Under the pieces are notes generated by a model, which did no database searches, had not been told where the DNA came from, and saw nothing but the letters and a program-made list of their open reading frames with translations. From the NCBI GenBank assembly GCA_031364845.1, contig JANLWX010000075.1:1-64000 (forward strand): a DNA stretch of 64,000 bases. Direction: 5' to 3'. Both the position numbers and the translations under genes were made by a program. Each line of letters starts with the position of its first letter. Position 1 is the stretch's first letter. The stretch is from Candidatus Eiseniibacteriota bacterium. Its GTDB lineage: Bacteria > Eisenbacteria > RBG-16-71-46. This document shows positions 45,439 through 54,669 of the stretch, piece by piece.

Positions 45439-46296
45439 ATGCCGTATCGCCGCAGTCTGCTGCTGGTTCTCATGGGGCTCGCGCTCTGCGCGCCGGCCAC
45501 CGTGTCCGCCGCGCGCAAGGCCGTGCTTCCCGCCGACATTCGACCCGCGCGACACCTCGATGGAACGATCGCCGTCGGACCCGAGCTCACGGCCGGCGGA
45601 ACATGCGGTCTCGGCGGACTCTTCCAGCCGTTCGACATTCTCGAGGACTACTTCTTTCCGCCCGGCGACCAGTACTTCACGCTGCTCGACCCCGCGACCT
45701 GCACCGAGTGCGCGACCACCGGCACGATGACCGTGGACCAGGTCCACGTCTCGATCGACTTCCGCACGGCGTGCTCGCAGCCGGTCATGATCTCGATCGT
45801 CGAGTCGACCGCCGGCGGATGCCCCGCGCCCGATCTGGCGAAGGTGCTCATGTCGCCGACGCAGTACATGCTGGACGGCCCGGGACCCGGCACGTTCCAG
45901 TTCGATCTCAACCTGGCGAGCCCGATCTGTCTGCGCGGAAAAGCATTCCTCAACGTGACCGTCGATGAATTCGGCAGCGCCTGCAACGTCGAAGAGTTTT
46001 CGACGCCCTCGCTCGCATTCGCGGACACGATGGAGTGCCAGCCGTGCCGCTACTACAACTACTACCAGGACGGCCTGGACCTCGTGAAGGATCAGCTGTG
46101 CCAGTCCGTCGGCCACTGGACGCCGGGCCCGCTGCTGCACTCGGTGAGCGGTTCCTGCTGCGATCTGATCCCGGTCATGCCGGGTTCGTGGGGACAGCTG
46201 AAGATCCGCTACGCCACCCCGCGCCGCCGTCGTCGCCGGATCTCGGCCGCCGTGCGCGGACGAAGAGTCCGGGCACAGGGGCCGCAACGCTCCTGA
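45439..46296 (+). CDS. Secreted Cys-rich hypothetical protein with WGxLKxxY motif near the C-terminus
   Basis: Signal peptide; many Cys; PVMPGSWGQLKIRY. Confidence 0.72.
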   Translation: MPYRRSLLLVLMGLALCAPATVSAARKAVLPADIRPARHLDGTIAVGPELTAGGTCGLGGLFQPFDILEDYFFPPGDQYFTLLDPATCTECATTGTMTVDQVHVSIDFRTACSQPVMISIVESTAGGCPAPDLAKVLMSPTQYMLDGPGPGTFQFDLNLASPICLRGKAFLNVTVDEFGSACNVEEFSTPSLAFADTMECQPCRYYNYYQDGLDLVKDQLCQSVGHWTPGPLLHSVSGSCCDLIPVMPGSWGQLKIRYATPRRRRRRISAAVRGRRVRAQGPQRS

Positions 46297-46337
46297 ACGA
46301 ACGAACGTGGAGCGAAGGCCTACGCTACGGAGGTTCC

Positions 46338-46586
46338 ATGGAGTTCCTGCCCAGTGTCACGCGGGCCGACTATCGCGGGGAATATCGCATTCATCTGACG
46401 TTCAACGACGGCACAGAGCGGACGATCGACTTCGGCCGGTGGCTCGATGGACCGGTATTCGAACCCTTGAAGGACGCGGAGTATTTCCAGCGCTTCTTTC
46501 TCGATGGGGGAACGGTGGCGTGGCCCAACGGCGCCGATATCGCTCCTGAGACTCTCTACGCGCACGCCAAGAGCGAGGCAGCGTAA
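46338..46586 (+). CDS. DUF2442 family protein (antitoxin-like)
   Basis: YRIHLTFNDG...GPVFEPLKD..YF...GTVAWPNGADIAPETLY; GGAGG RBS. Confidence 0.88.
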   Translation: MEFLPSVTRADYRGEYRIHLTFNDGTERTIDFGRWLDGPVFEPLKDAEYFQRFFLDGGTVAWPNGADIAPETLYAHAKSEAA

Positions 46587-46599
46587 TCCGAAGCCCCCG

Positions 46600-48063
46600 C
46601 TACGGCGTGAGCAGCACGCGCGTCGCGTGCCATGCGTCGCCGATGCGTAACCGCGCGAAGTAGAGTCCGTTCGCGCATGCGCGTCCCGCATCGTCGCGGC
46701 GATCCCAGCCGACGTCGTGCTCGCCGGCGCCGAGCGTGCCCGTGACGAGGGTGCGCACCTTGCGGCCGGCCAGATCGTAGATCTGAACCGTCACACGTCC
46801 GGTCGCCGGCACCACGAACCGCACGGTGCAGTTCTCCCGCGCGGGATTGGGCGTGATCGAAGGCGGCGCCACGTGCTGCGCGCCTTCGATGCCTTCGATC
46901 ACACCGTCCTGCTCGTCCGGAATCCACGCCATCGGGTCGGGGATCGGATTCGGGCGTCCCGCGAGCGCGCTCGAGAGCGACCAGAAGATCAGGCTGATGT
47001 TCACGACCGAAGTGTCGGCCGTCGTCCACACGTAGTACGGATCCTCGGGCGGCGGCCAGAAGTCCCACTTGTCGGCATAGGTGCCGCGCGTTTCGATCGA
47101 ACCGAGGAAGCGCATCACGTGGTCGTAGCGCGGGCTCTGCAGGTGATCGAAGACCAGCGCGTTGTATCCGAGTTCGTTCGTGAACGCGCGCGTGTCGTAG
47201 TCGAAGTCGCAGCCGCTCGCGATGCTGTAGTAATAGCGCATGCATCCCTGGTAGTCGTCGCACGGTTCTTCGTAACGCGTCACACCGTCGCTGCCGACGC
47301 GCGCTTCGAGGAACGCGCCCATCGCGGCGAGCATTGGATCGATCACAGGATCCGGGACCAGACGGCGGATCAGGATCAGCTCGTTCGACATCCATCCGGT
47401 GTAGTGGATGTCGGTCGAAGACGGACACCAGTGGGGGAAGCTGCCGTCAGGATGCTGGTACTGCGGCACGTTGGAGAGGATCTCGTGCGTCAGGCTCTCC
47501 GACTGCGTGTTGCCCGTCACGCGGAAGTGCTTGGCGAACGCCATCGCCGCCATCAGGCCGCCGTTGAGGATGTACTCTGAGTGCGACATCGCCTTCAGCT
47601 CGTCGACGATCGCATTGCCGATCGCGAGATAACGCGAATCGCCGGTCGCTTCGTATGCCTCGAGGAACGCATACCCCAGCATGCCGTCGAACACCGAGTG
47701 CGAACGATATTCCGCCGAGTGTTCGAGCAGGAAGTCTGCGCGCTCGACGATGTCGCGGCGAATGCGCCGTAGCGGGGACACGCGATAGAGCTCGGTGTAG
47801 CCGAGCAGTTGCGGAACCACTGACAGCCGCGCGGCCTCGGTCGCGTTGATCACGACGCGCCAGTCGAGCACGATTCCGTTCACTTCGCTGTGCTGGAAGA
47901 ACTGATCCATGCGCCGCAGCGCGGGGATCAGCGGATCACAAGTCGCAGGCGGATTGCAGGGATCGCCCGCGAGTGCGATCGAGGGGGCACACATCACACA
48001 CACCACGATGGCGATCCACGCTGTGACGACGCGGCGGATGACCGTGGGACACATGTGTCGCAT
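46600..48063 (-). CDS. Secreted alpha/alpha-toroid-like protein with FlgD/T9SS-like C-terminal domain
   Basis: Signal peptide; AFLEAYEATGDSRYL and QHPDGSF helical-barrel repeats; PNP...IYDLAGRKVR...WD...GLYF tail. Confidence 0.7.
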   Translation of the reverse strand: MRHMCPTVIRRVVTAWIAIVVCVMCAPSIALAGDPCNPPATCDPLIPALRRMDQFFQHSEVNGIVLDWRVVINATEAARLSVVPQLLGYTELYRVSPLRRIRRDIVERADFLLEHSAEYRSHSVFDGMLGYAFLEAYEATGDSRYLAIGNAIVDELKAMSHSEYILNGGLMAAMAFAKHFRVTGNTQSESLTHEILSNVPQYQHPDGSFPHWCPSSTDIHYTGWMSNELILIRRLVPDPVIDPMLAAMGAFLEARVGSDGVTRYEEPCDDYQGCMRYYYSIASGCDFDYDTRAFTNELGYNALVFDHLQSPRYDHVMRFLGSIETRGTYADKWDFWPPPEDPYYVWTTADTSVVNISLIFWSLSSALAGRPNPIPDPMAWIPDEQDGVIEGIEGAQHVAPPSITPNPARENCTVRFVVPATGRVTVQIYDLAGRKVRTLVTGTLGAGEHDVGWDRRDDAGRACANGLYFARLRIGDAWHATRVLLTP

Positions 48064-48098
48064 CGCTGAACCTCCGCACGGGCGAGGTAGATCCCTGT

Positions 48099-48584
48099 TC
48101 ACACAACTCGTCGCGTGGGCGCCTTTCGATCCCGCACCGTGAGCGTCACATCGCAATCGAGGACCTGGAGCAGCAGCAGCAACTGATCCACCGACTTTCG
48201 GTAATTCGTCTGATCCAGCAGACGATAGAGCTGAGGTGCCGAAGTGCCGAGCCGGCGAATGATCTCTCGCTTGGAGAGCGGGCTCTTCTTGGTCCGCTTT
48301 TGAGCCTCTACCGTAAGGCGATACAGCAAAGTATCTCTCAGGTAGCTGGGGTCCCGATTGTACTCGAGGACCTGATCCATGTGGACGGTTCCATGTTCCC
48401 CCGAGTCGAGAACATACGTGAAACCCTCGCGCGCCAGATCGCGGTCGACGAAGACCCGAGCGATCCGCTCGGCAGCACCGACGCCAGCCGCGGTCTTGGA
48501 ATAAGGGATCGCGTAGGTCGCCTTCGAAGTCTTCACTTCGAATGCCTTCTTGCGGTTGTTGTGTATCACCGACCGGATTTTCAA
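48099..48584 (-). CDS. Putative antitoxin with C-terminal HTH
   Basis: LSKREIIRRLGTSAPQLYRLLD HTH; TTG start overlaps the upstream toxin stop (TTGA). Confidence 0.75.
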   Translation of the reverse strand: MKIRSVIHNNRKKAFEVKTSKATYAIPYSKTAAGVGAAERIARVFVDRDLAREGFTYVLDSGEHGTVHMDQVLEYNRDPSYLRDTLLYRLTVEAQKRTKKSPLSKREIIRRLGTSAPQLYRLLDQTNYRKSVDQLLLLLQVLDCDVTLTVRDRKAPTRRVV

Positions 48585-48773
48585 AGCAGTCCCTCGGATT
48601 CGAGTGTCTCGATCAATTCGAGGATGCGCGCCGTTGGCTGCCCCGCATCGGCATGCCGTTCTCCAGATCCCACTTCAGGACGAGCCGCTCATTGCGATAG
48701 ACGTGTACGTGTCGGGGCGCGTGATCGCTCATCCACGTGCGAAGACAAAGCCCCCTCGCCGCGTCTTACCCAT
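48581..48773 (-). pseudogene. DUF4160-like putative toxin with two single-base frameshifts
   Basis: Repaired reading MGKTRRGGFVFxTWMSDHAPRHVHVYRNERLVLKWDLENGMPMRGQPTARILELIETLESEGLL; deletions near 48739 and in the C-run at 48641-48644. Confidence 0.75.
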
Positions 48774-48780
48774 GAACTAA

Positions 48781-48810
48781 ACGTTACCGCTCATGAAAAC
48801 GCTTTGTCAA
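48781..48810 (-). promoter_or_regulatory. Sigma70 promoter of the TA operon, likely leaderless transcript
   Basis: TTGACA-18-TAACGT, 7 nt before ATG 48773. Confidence 0.65.
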
Positions 48811-49004
48811 GCAAGACGCTCGTTCCGGCCGTAAGAATGGTCAGGCCGATCGCGATCGCGCCGCGACCCCACCGCCAGGGGACGAGCATTCACAACGCCA
48901 CGAGCATCAGCAGCGCAGCGGTCGCGGCCCGCGGCGAGTAGCCCGATGAGAATGCCCACCAACCGAAGCGCGTCAGCCCAGGCCACGTCGCGGTCGCCAA
49001 TCAC
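48807..49004 (-). pseudogene. Degraded membrane-protein gene fragment
   Basis: Hydrophobic reading LVGILIGLLA / ATAALLMLVAL*MLVPWRWGRGAIAIGLTIL needs one frameshift and has a TGA at 48890-48892. Confidence 0.4.
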
Positions 49005-49170
49005 GACATCGTGCCCCTGTTCGAGTACCTTGCCTGCAATCTACTGACCGACCGAACGGGTGCCGAGACTCCCGACCCTCACAGAGCGCCTCCCAGATGG
49101 GCCGGTCCTTGAGTTGGGTCAGACCACGCGCGGAGAGCATCGGCCCTGAGGAGACAATGAGCCAACCCAA

Positions 49171-50010
49171 GTGAATGGTCCGCACCGGCTCGCGACCTTC
49201 TTCGCGCTCGCCTTCGGCATTTCGTGGTTGATCTGGACACCGCTGTGGCTCCCGGCCTTCGGCGTGAACGGGCTGCCGAAGCTTCCCTTCCAGCATGCCC
49301 TCGGAGCGTTGGGGCCGATCGTCGCGGCCTTCGTACTATCCTCAGCGCAATCCGGCCCGGCGGGGCCGCGCGATCTCTTGCGCCGGATGGTCCTGTGGCG
49401 CGGGCGGCTCGTGTGGGTGGCGGTTGCGCTCTTTGCCCCGGCAGCAATCCTCGCGCTTGCCGTGGCCGGAGCACGGTTGCTCGGTGAGAAGCAGGTGTCG
49501 CTGACCGGCTTCGGCAGGTCGCGCGAGTTCCCACAGTTCTCGGCTCTCGGATTTCTCGCCTACAACATCGTCTCGTTCGGATTTGGTGAAGAGGTGGGAT
49601 GGCGAGGTTTCGCGCTTCCTCGACTTCAGTCGCGGCACTCTGCTCTGGTCTCATCGCTTCTGCTGACGTCAGGTTGGGCGCTCTGGCACGCGCCGCTCTT
49701 CCTCTATCGGCCCGGCTATGTTGGGATGAGCGTGTGGGGAATTGCCGGTTGGCTGTTCAGCCTGGCAACAGGAGCGTTGCTGCTCACGTGGCTGTACAAC
49801 GAGAGCCGAGGAAGCCTCCTGGTTGTGGCGCTCTTCCACGCCGCGATCGATGTCGTGTTCACGCTGGACATTTCCACGCCAGGCGTCGTCAACATCGCGG
49901 GAATGCTCATCACTCTGTGGGGAATCATTGTCCTGCTGGTTGCGCGGCCGAGAAATCTGTCGAAACGAGGCAATAGGATCATCGGGCCAATCCCAGAATC
50001 TCGAGAATGA
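49171..50010 (+). CDS. CPBP family intramembrane metalloprotease
   Basis: GEEVGWRGF, WALWHAPLF and FHAA motifs. Confidence 0.9.
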   Translation: MNGPHRLATFFALAFGISWLIWTPLWLPAFGVNGLPKLPFQHALGALGPIVAAFVLSSAQSGPAGPRDLLRRMVLWRGRLVWVAVALFAPAAILALAVAGARLLGEKQVSLTGFGRSREFPQFSALGFLAYNIVSFGFGEEVGWRGFALPRLQSRHSALVSSLLLTSGWALWHAPLFLYRPGYVGMSVWGIAGWLFSLATGALLLTWLYNESRGSLLVVALFHAAIDVVFTLDISTPGVVNIAGMLITLWGIIVLLVARPRNLSKRGNRIIGPIPESRE

Positions 50011-50858
50011 CCCTGCCGCTCATCGTTGTAGGTGTCGCCGTCGTCGCAGCTCTCGTCGTTCTCTGCGGAGAACTCCACTGGAGAGCGAGCACGCGAGCTC
50101 TGCGTGACCGGCTCGAAGCGGCCAGACTTCCAACAGGGCCCAGAGTTTTCGACAGGGGTGGACTCGAAGGACTGCCGGCCCCGGTTCAGCGATATTTTCG
50201 TGCCGTCCTGCAGCAAGGACAGCCCATCGTGGCAGCCGTCAGCGTGAGGCACACCGGGACCTTCAACACGGGCAACACGACCGAGCAGTGGAGGGCGTTC
50301 ACCTCCACCCAGCGCGTGATCACGCATCGCGCGGGCTTTGACTGGGACGCGCGCGTCGCGATGGTGCCGGGCGCAGCGGTGCTCGTCCACGACGCCTACG
50401 TTGCGGGCGAGGGCCTTCTGCATGTGGCGCTGTTCGGACTATTGCCCCTGGTTCATCTGCGCGGCACGGGCGAGGTGGCGCAGGGTCAGATGCTGCGATA
50501 TTTCGCCGAAGGCGCCTGGTACCCCACGGCCCTGCTGCCGAGCCATGGGGTGCACTGGGAAGCGGTGGATGAACATTCCGCGCGCGCGACGCTGAAGGAT
50601 GGCGACGTTTCGTCGACGCTTCTCTTCCGATTCGATGCACAGGGGCTGATCGCCACGGTGGACGCGGAAGCGCGCGGACGAACCGTGGGCGGCACCGTTG
50701 TTCCTACACCCTGGCATGGGCGGTTTTGGAACTACGTGATTCGAGACGGCATGCGCGTCCCCCTGGACGGTGAAGTTGCCTGGCTGCTGCCTGAAGGGGC
50801 GAAGCCCTACTGGCGCGGGCACATCACCGAGATCCATTACGAGTTCGCACACGACTGA
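50007..50858 (+). CDS. DUF6544/DUF6920-like protein
   Basis: LPAPVQRYF, FDWDARV, RYFAE..WYPTALL and GMRVP motifs; ATGA overlap. Confidence 0.75.
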   Translation: MTLPLIVVGVAVVAALVVLCGELHWRASTRALRDRLEAARLPTGPRVFDRGGLEGLPAPVQRYFRAVLQQGQPIVAAVSVRHTGTFNTGNTTEQWRAFTSTQRVITHRAGFDWDARVAMVPGAAVLVHDAYVAGEGLLHVALFGLLPLVHLRGTGEVAQGQMLRYFAEGAWYPTALLPSHGVHWEAVDEHSARATLKDGDVSSTLLFRFDAQGLIATVDAEARGRTVGGTVVPTPWHGRFWNYVIRDGMRVPLDGEVAWLLPEGAKPYWRGHITEIHYEFAHD

Positions 50859-50893
50859 GGCGCGCTGCCGAGGCCCGTCGTGCACATCGCAAC

Positions 50894-50921
50894 TCAAGCC
50901 CCGCCCAGCACCCGCCGATAA
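50894..50921 (+). promoter_or_regulatory. Candidate sigma28-like promoter
   Basis: TCAAG-N15-GCCGATAA upstream of the alpha/beta hydrolase. Confidence 0.45.
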
Positions 50922-50936
50922 CGACCGGGTACCGTC

Positions 50937-51797
50937 ATGCTCCGACGCCCCGGTTTGTTCCTGCCCGCCCTCGCGGTTCTTGTGCTCGCGCTCGGTCTCA
51001 TCGAGCTGCGCGGCGTCGGTGCGCCTCCGACGCCGCTCCATCGCGCGTTCGGCCATGGACCAACGATCGTGCTGGTCCATGGGCTCGGCAGCCGCGCCGA
51101 GCACTGGCTGCCGGTCGCCCGCAAGCTCGCGCGCGAGTATCGCGTCGTGCTGGTCGAGTTGCCGGGTCATGGTTCGAGCGACATGCCCGAACCGTTTTCC
51201 CTCGAGCGCGCGACGCAGTCCTTGGTGCAGGCGCTGGAGGCGGATTCGCGCGGCCCGGTGATCCTGGTCGGGCATTCGGTGGGTGGCCTGGTCGCGGTTT
51301 CGGCGGCCCTCGCTCAGCCGCAGCGCGTGCGCGGGCTGGTGCTGGTCGAGACATTGCTCGAGCCGCAGGTCGGCGGCACGGAACGCGACGCGATGCTGCA
51401 GGCGCTCAACGACGACTATCAGGGTCTGCTGCGCTCGGCGTTCACCGCGTTCGGGCGCGATTCGGCGCAGGGGCTCGAACTCTATCGCGAGGCCGCGCAG
51501 GTCGACTCGGTCAATCTCAAACGCTGGATTCGCCTCGCACTCACCGCCGATCTCGCGGAGCCCGCGCGCAAGCTCGCGATGCCGGTGCTCGCAGTGCTGG
51601 CGCCGCATTCGTGGCCGCCGAGCGAGGCGTGGCCGGTCACGGCAGCGGCGATGGGTTACGCGGGGATCCCCGATGTGCATCCGGTGCGCATCACCGACTG
51701 CGGGCACTTCATCATGCTCGATCGCCCGAACGAACTGGCGCGTGTGATCGCGCGCTTCGCCGCCCATCCGCAGGGCGAGCCGATCGCGCGCAACTGA
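50937..51797 (+). CDS. Alpha/beta fold hydrolase
   Basis: LVHGLG, LPGHG, GHSVGG nucleophile elbow and CGHF; N-terminal hydrophobic leader. Confidence 0.9.
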   Translation: MLRRPGLFLPALAVLVLALGLIELRGVGAPPTPLHRAFGHGPTIVLVHGLGSRAEHWLPVARKLAREYRVVLVELPGHGSSDMPEPFSLERATQSLVQALEADSRGPVILVGHSVGGLVAVSAALAQPQRVRGLVLVETLLEPQVGGTERDAMLQALNDDYQGLLRSAFTAFGRDSAQGLELYREAAQVDSVNLKRWIRLALTADLAEPARKLAMPVLAVLAPHSWPPSEAWPVTAAAMGYAGIPDVHPVRITDCGHFIMLDRPNELARVIARFAAHPQGEPIARN

Positions 51798-51806
51798 CGT
51801 CGCGCG

Positions 51807-52364
51807 CTACTGAGCGCTGTCGGGCGACGCCGGCCGATTGACCGCCGCCAGAGCCTGCGTCAATTCCTCCAGCATGCCTTCACGACCGCCGTATCCGGTC
51901 ATCGACTCATGCCGCCCGGTCGCCGGGGAATAGACGACGATCGTCGGGAACGCATCGATCTTGAAGCGATCCTGGAGCGTCTGCACTTCGGGAACGTTCT
52001 GGCCGTCCTCGTGCGTGCGATCCACGATGCGCACCGGCACGAACCGCGTGTTGATCTGGTCGGCGGCTTTCGCGTCGGCGAAGACTTCGGCCGACATCAG
52101 CTTGCAGGGGCCGCACCATTCGGCGCTGAAGTCGTAGAGAATCGGCTTGTTCAGCGCGCGCGACGCCGACTCGGCGATCGCCAGCGGCTGCCATTGCACC
52201 AACTCCTTACCGGCCGCCTGCCCCGGCCGCTCGACCGGCGCGGACGGATGCTGATCTTCCCAGATGCCGGTCCCGACCCGCGCGATCAGCAGCGCGCCCG
52301 CGGCGATCATCAAGATTCGCGGCCACGGGCGGCTCGATCCGGTGGCGTCACGATGAGGAGGCAT
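51807..52364 (-). CDS. Membrane-anchored thioredoxin family protein
   Basis: DFSAEWCGPCK and AFPT motifs. Confidence 0.88.
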   Translation of the reverse strand: MPPHRDATGSSRPWPRILMIAAGALLIARVGTGIWEDQHPSAPVERPGQAAGKELVQWQPLAIAESASRALNKPILYDFSAEWCGPCKLMSAEVFADAKAADQINTRFVPVRIVDRTHEDGQNVPEVQTLQDRFKIDAFPTIVVYSPATGRHESMTGYGGREGMLEELTQALAAVNRPASPDSAQ

Positions 52365-53058
52365 ACGACAGCTCCTTGCGATTGACGAGCACGATCGCGA
52401 GCGCGATCGAGATCGTGACCGTCGACAGATAGGTGATCAGATGATGCCACGACGGATGACCGTTCAGGACCAGCACGAAGTGCAGCGTCGGATTGAGAAA
52501 GCCCTGCAGCTCGACGCCGATGCGCGAGATGAACGCGTGCCCGAGACCACCGCCGGCGGCCTGAAGGATTCCCGCGGAGGTGTAGAGCAGGAACAGGAGT
52601 CCGATGTCGCCGAGTCCGGCGACCAGCGCCGACAACAGCAGCAGCGGAGCGGTCGCGCCGAATGCGGAGGCAACATGGTCGGCCAGCGTGATCGCGACGG
52701 CTTCGGCACCGGGTGCGGCACCGCGCGCGGACAGGATCAACGTCGCGAGCCCAACCTGGAACACCGCGGCCGCGGCGGCACCGATCGAAGCGCCGAGCCA
52801 GCGGCTGATCACATAGACGTCGCGCCGCACCGGACGCGCGAACAGCAACTGCAGCACGCCCGAGGAGACATCCTGTCCGATCATGCCGGCGCCGAAGATG
52901 AGCGCGAACTGAAAGCTGTCGGCGATCGGCGCGAACCCCATCGCGGGTGCGGCGGCGATGAACAGCAGCGGAAAGAAGCCCGCGACGATCAGGAACGCGA
53001 GCCGGATCGGCGTGGTCATCCGATGCCGCAGGAACGCGACGATCAGCGTGCCGTTCAC
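52348..53058 (-). CDS. ABC-2 type transporter permease
   Basis: IGQDVSSGVLQLLFARPVRR; about 6 TM segments; GTGA overlap with the ATPase. Confidence 0.82.
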   Translation of the reverse strand: MNGTLIVAFLRHRMTTPIRLAFLIVAGFFPLLFIAAAPAMGFAPIADSFQFALIFGAGMIGQDVSSGVLQLLFARPVRRDVYVISRWLGASIGAAAAAVFQVGLATLILSARGAAPGAEAVAITLADHVASAFGATAPLLLLSALVAGLGDIGLLFLLYTSAGILQAAGGGLGHAFISRIGVELQGFLNPTLHFVLVLNGHPSWHHLITYLSTVTISIALAIVLVNRKELSYASSS

Positions 53059-54005
53059 GCGCCCGCTCCGGGCCGCCGGGGTTCGCTGAACAACCGTTCG
53101 AGCCGGCTCTCTTCGGGTGTGGCTTCGGCGACCGTGATGCCGGCGGTGACGAGACTGTTGAGCAGCCGCGCCGAGGTCGCGTCGTCGGCCGCCTCGAAGC
53201 GCGCGTCGCTCGGACCGGCTTCGCGCAGCACCGCGCCGGAGTACGCGGCGTGCGCTCCGAGCTGTTCGGGTGTCGGTGCCGTGGCCGCGGTCCAGCGCAC
53301 GCGCAGCACGCGCGTCGCGGTCGCTCCGGCGCTCATCGTCTCGATCGCCTGAACGTGGCCCTTGCTCACGTACGCGACGCGGTCGCACACGCGCTCGACC
53401 TGATCGAGTTGGTGCGAGTTGAGCACCACCGTCGCCCCGCGCTGGCGCAGGTCGCCGATCAGCCGGCGGAACAGAATGACGCCCGCGGGATCGACGCCCG
53501 ATGCCGGTTCGTCCAGGAACACGTAACGCGGTTCGCCGAGCAGCGCCTGCGCGAGTCCGATGCGCTGCAGCATGCCGCGCGAGTAGCGGCGGATCGCGCG
53601 CGAGCCGGCATCCGCGTCGAGCCCGACCCGCTCGAGCGCCGCTTCCACGTCCGACGTGCGCCGCTCGGCGGGCAGCTTCGCGAGCGCGTGATGGTAGGCG
53701 AGGAAGTCGCGGCCGTTCATCCACCGGTCCATCACAAGGCGCTCGGGGAGGTAGCCGGTCATTGCGCGCACCGCGAGATCGTCGGGGCCGTGGCCATCGA
53801 TCGTCACGCGTCCACTGTCGGGCTTGAGAAAGCCGAGCAGACAGCCGAGGAACGTGGTCTTGCCCGCGCCGTTGGGCCCGATGATGCCGAACGCTTCGCC
53901 GGGCGCAATCGTGAGCGACACGCCGGCCAGCGCGCGAACCTGCTCGCCCGCGAGCCCGCGGCGATAGGTCTTCGACAGATCCTCGACAACGATGCCTTTG
54001 CTCAT
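53055..54005 (-). CDS. ABC transporter ATP-binding protein
   Basis: GPNGAGKT, YSRGMLQR, LDEPASG and NSHQL motifs. Confidence 0.95.
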   Translation of the reverse strand: MSKGIVVEDLSKTYRRGLAGEQVRALAGVSLTIAPGEAFGIIGPNGAGKTTFLGCLLGFLKPDSGRVTIDGHGPDDLAVRAMTGYLPERLVMDRWMNGRDFLAYHHALAKLPAERRTSDVEAALERVGLDADAGSRAIRRYSRGMLQRIGLAQALLGEPRYVFLDEPASGVDPAGVILFRRLIGDLRQRGATVVLNSHQLDQVERVCDRVAYVSKGHVQAIETMSAGATATRVLRVRWTAATAPTPEQLGAHAAYSGAVLREAGPSDARFEAADDATSARLLNSLVTAGITVAEATPEESRLERLFSEPRRPGAGA

Positions 54006-54084
54006 GCGCGCGATCCTGACAGAGCACGCAGGCGGCGGCAACGCGCGGAGGGAAGGTGTGGCGCTCCGAATTCCTAGCTCATGG

Positions 54085-54669
54085 TTATCGCGGCAGGCGT
54101 GAGATCCTCACGACACACTTGTCTTTCGCAGGCTTCCACGTCACCCACCAGCGAGAGGGAACCCCGGTCGTCACCGTGACCGAAGTCGTGTCCTGGCACT
54201 CGCTGAATCCGGTTCCGGTCCCGGTGACCGCAAGTGTGACGTGGCCGTCCGCGACCGGATCGAGGCGAAGCTCACACCCACCCTCGCGAAGAAGCCCCGG
54301 GGTTCCGGCCGAGTCCTGAATCGAGAAATAGTGACTTACGGGCATGGGCTCGGGATGCCCCGGCACGGTGTCGGCTGGTGAGAGTGTCGTGGTGTCCTCC
54401 GGTGCGTCCTCGTCCGGGATGCCATCCTCCGAACCGTACCCGTGCAAGCAACCAGGAATCTGCCGAATTGGCCGATCGACATTCCAGCCCGTTCGCCGCC
54501 CCTGGCGGTCGATTAGCACCGCCCCAACTCGAGCATCTCCAAACCCGAAGATGTTCACGAAAACTAGAGAGAACTTCCCCGGTGTATTGGCCGGCGAGCT
54601 GGAGCGTGAAGCGCACGCCCCGAGACTCAGGACCACGAACGCGAGCGCCCACGGAACGGTTCGCCTCAA
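54085..54669 (-). CDS. Hypothetical lipoprotein
   Basis: TTG start overlaps the upstream stop (TTGA); lipobox LGAC. Confidence 0.65.
   Translation of the reverse strand: MRRTVPWALAFVVLSLGACASRSSSPANTPGKFSLVFVNIFGFGDARVGAVLIDRQGRRTGWNVDRPIRQIPGCLHGYGSEDGIPDEDAPEDTTTLSPADTVPGHPEPMPVSHYFSIQDSAGTPGLLREGGCELRLDPVADGHVTLAVTGTGTGFSECQDTTSVTVTTGVPSRWWVTWKPAKDKCVVRISRLPR

Noticed and set aside
46290..46605. Integron cassette interpretation of the solo DUF2442 gene
   Set aside because: No RYYYAAC/GTTRRRY attC-like inverted repeat and no integrase found.
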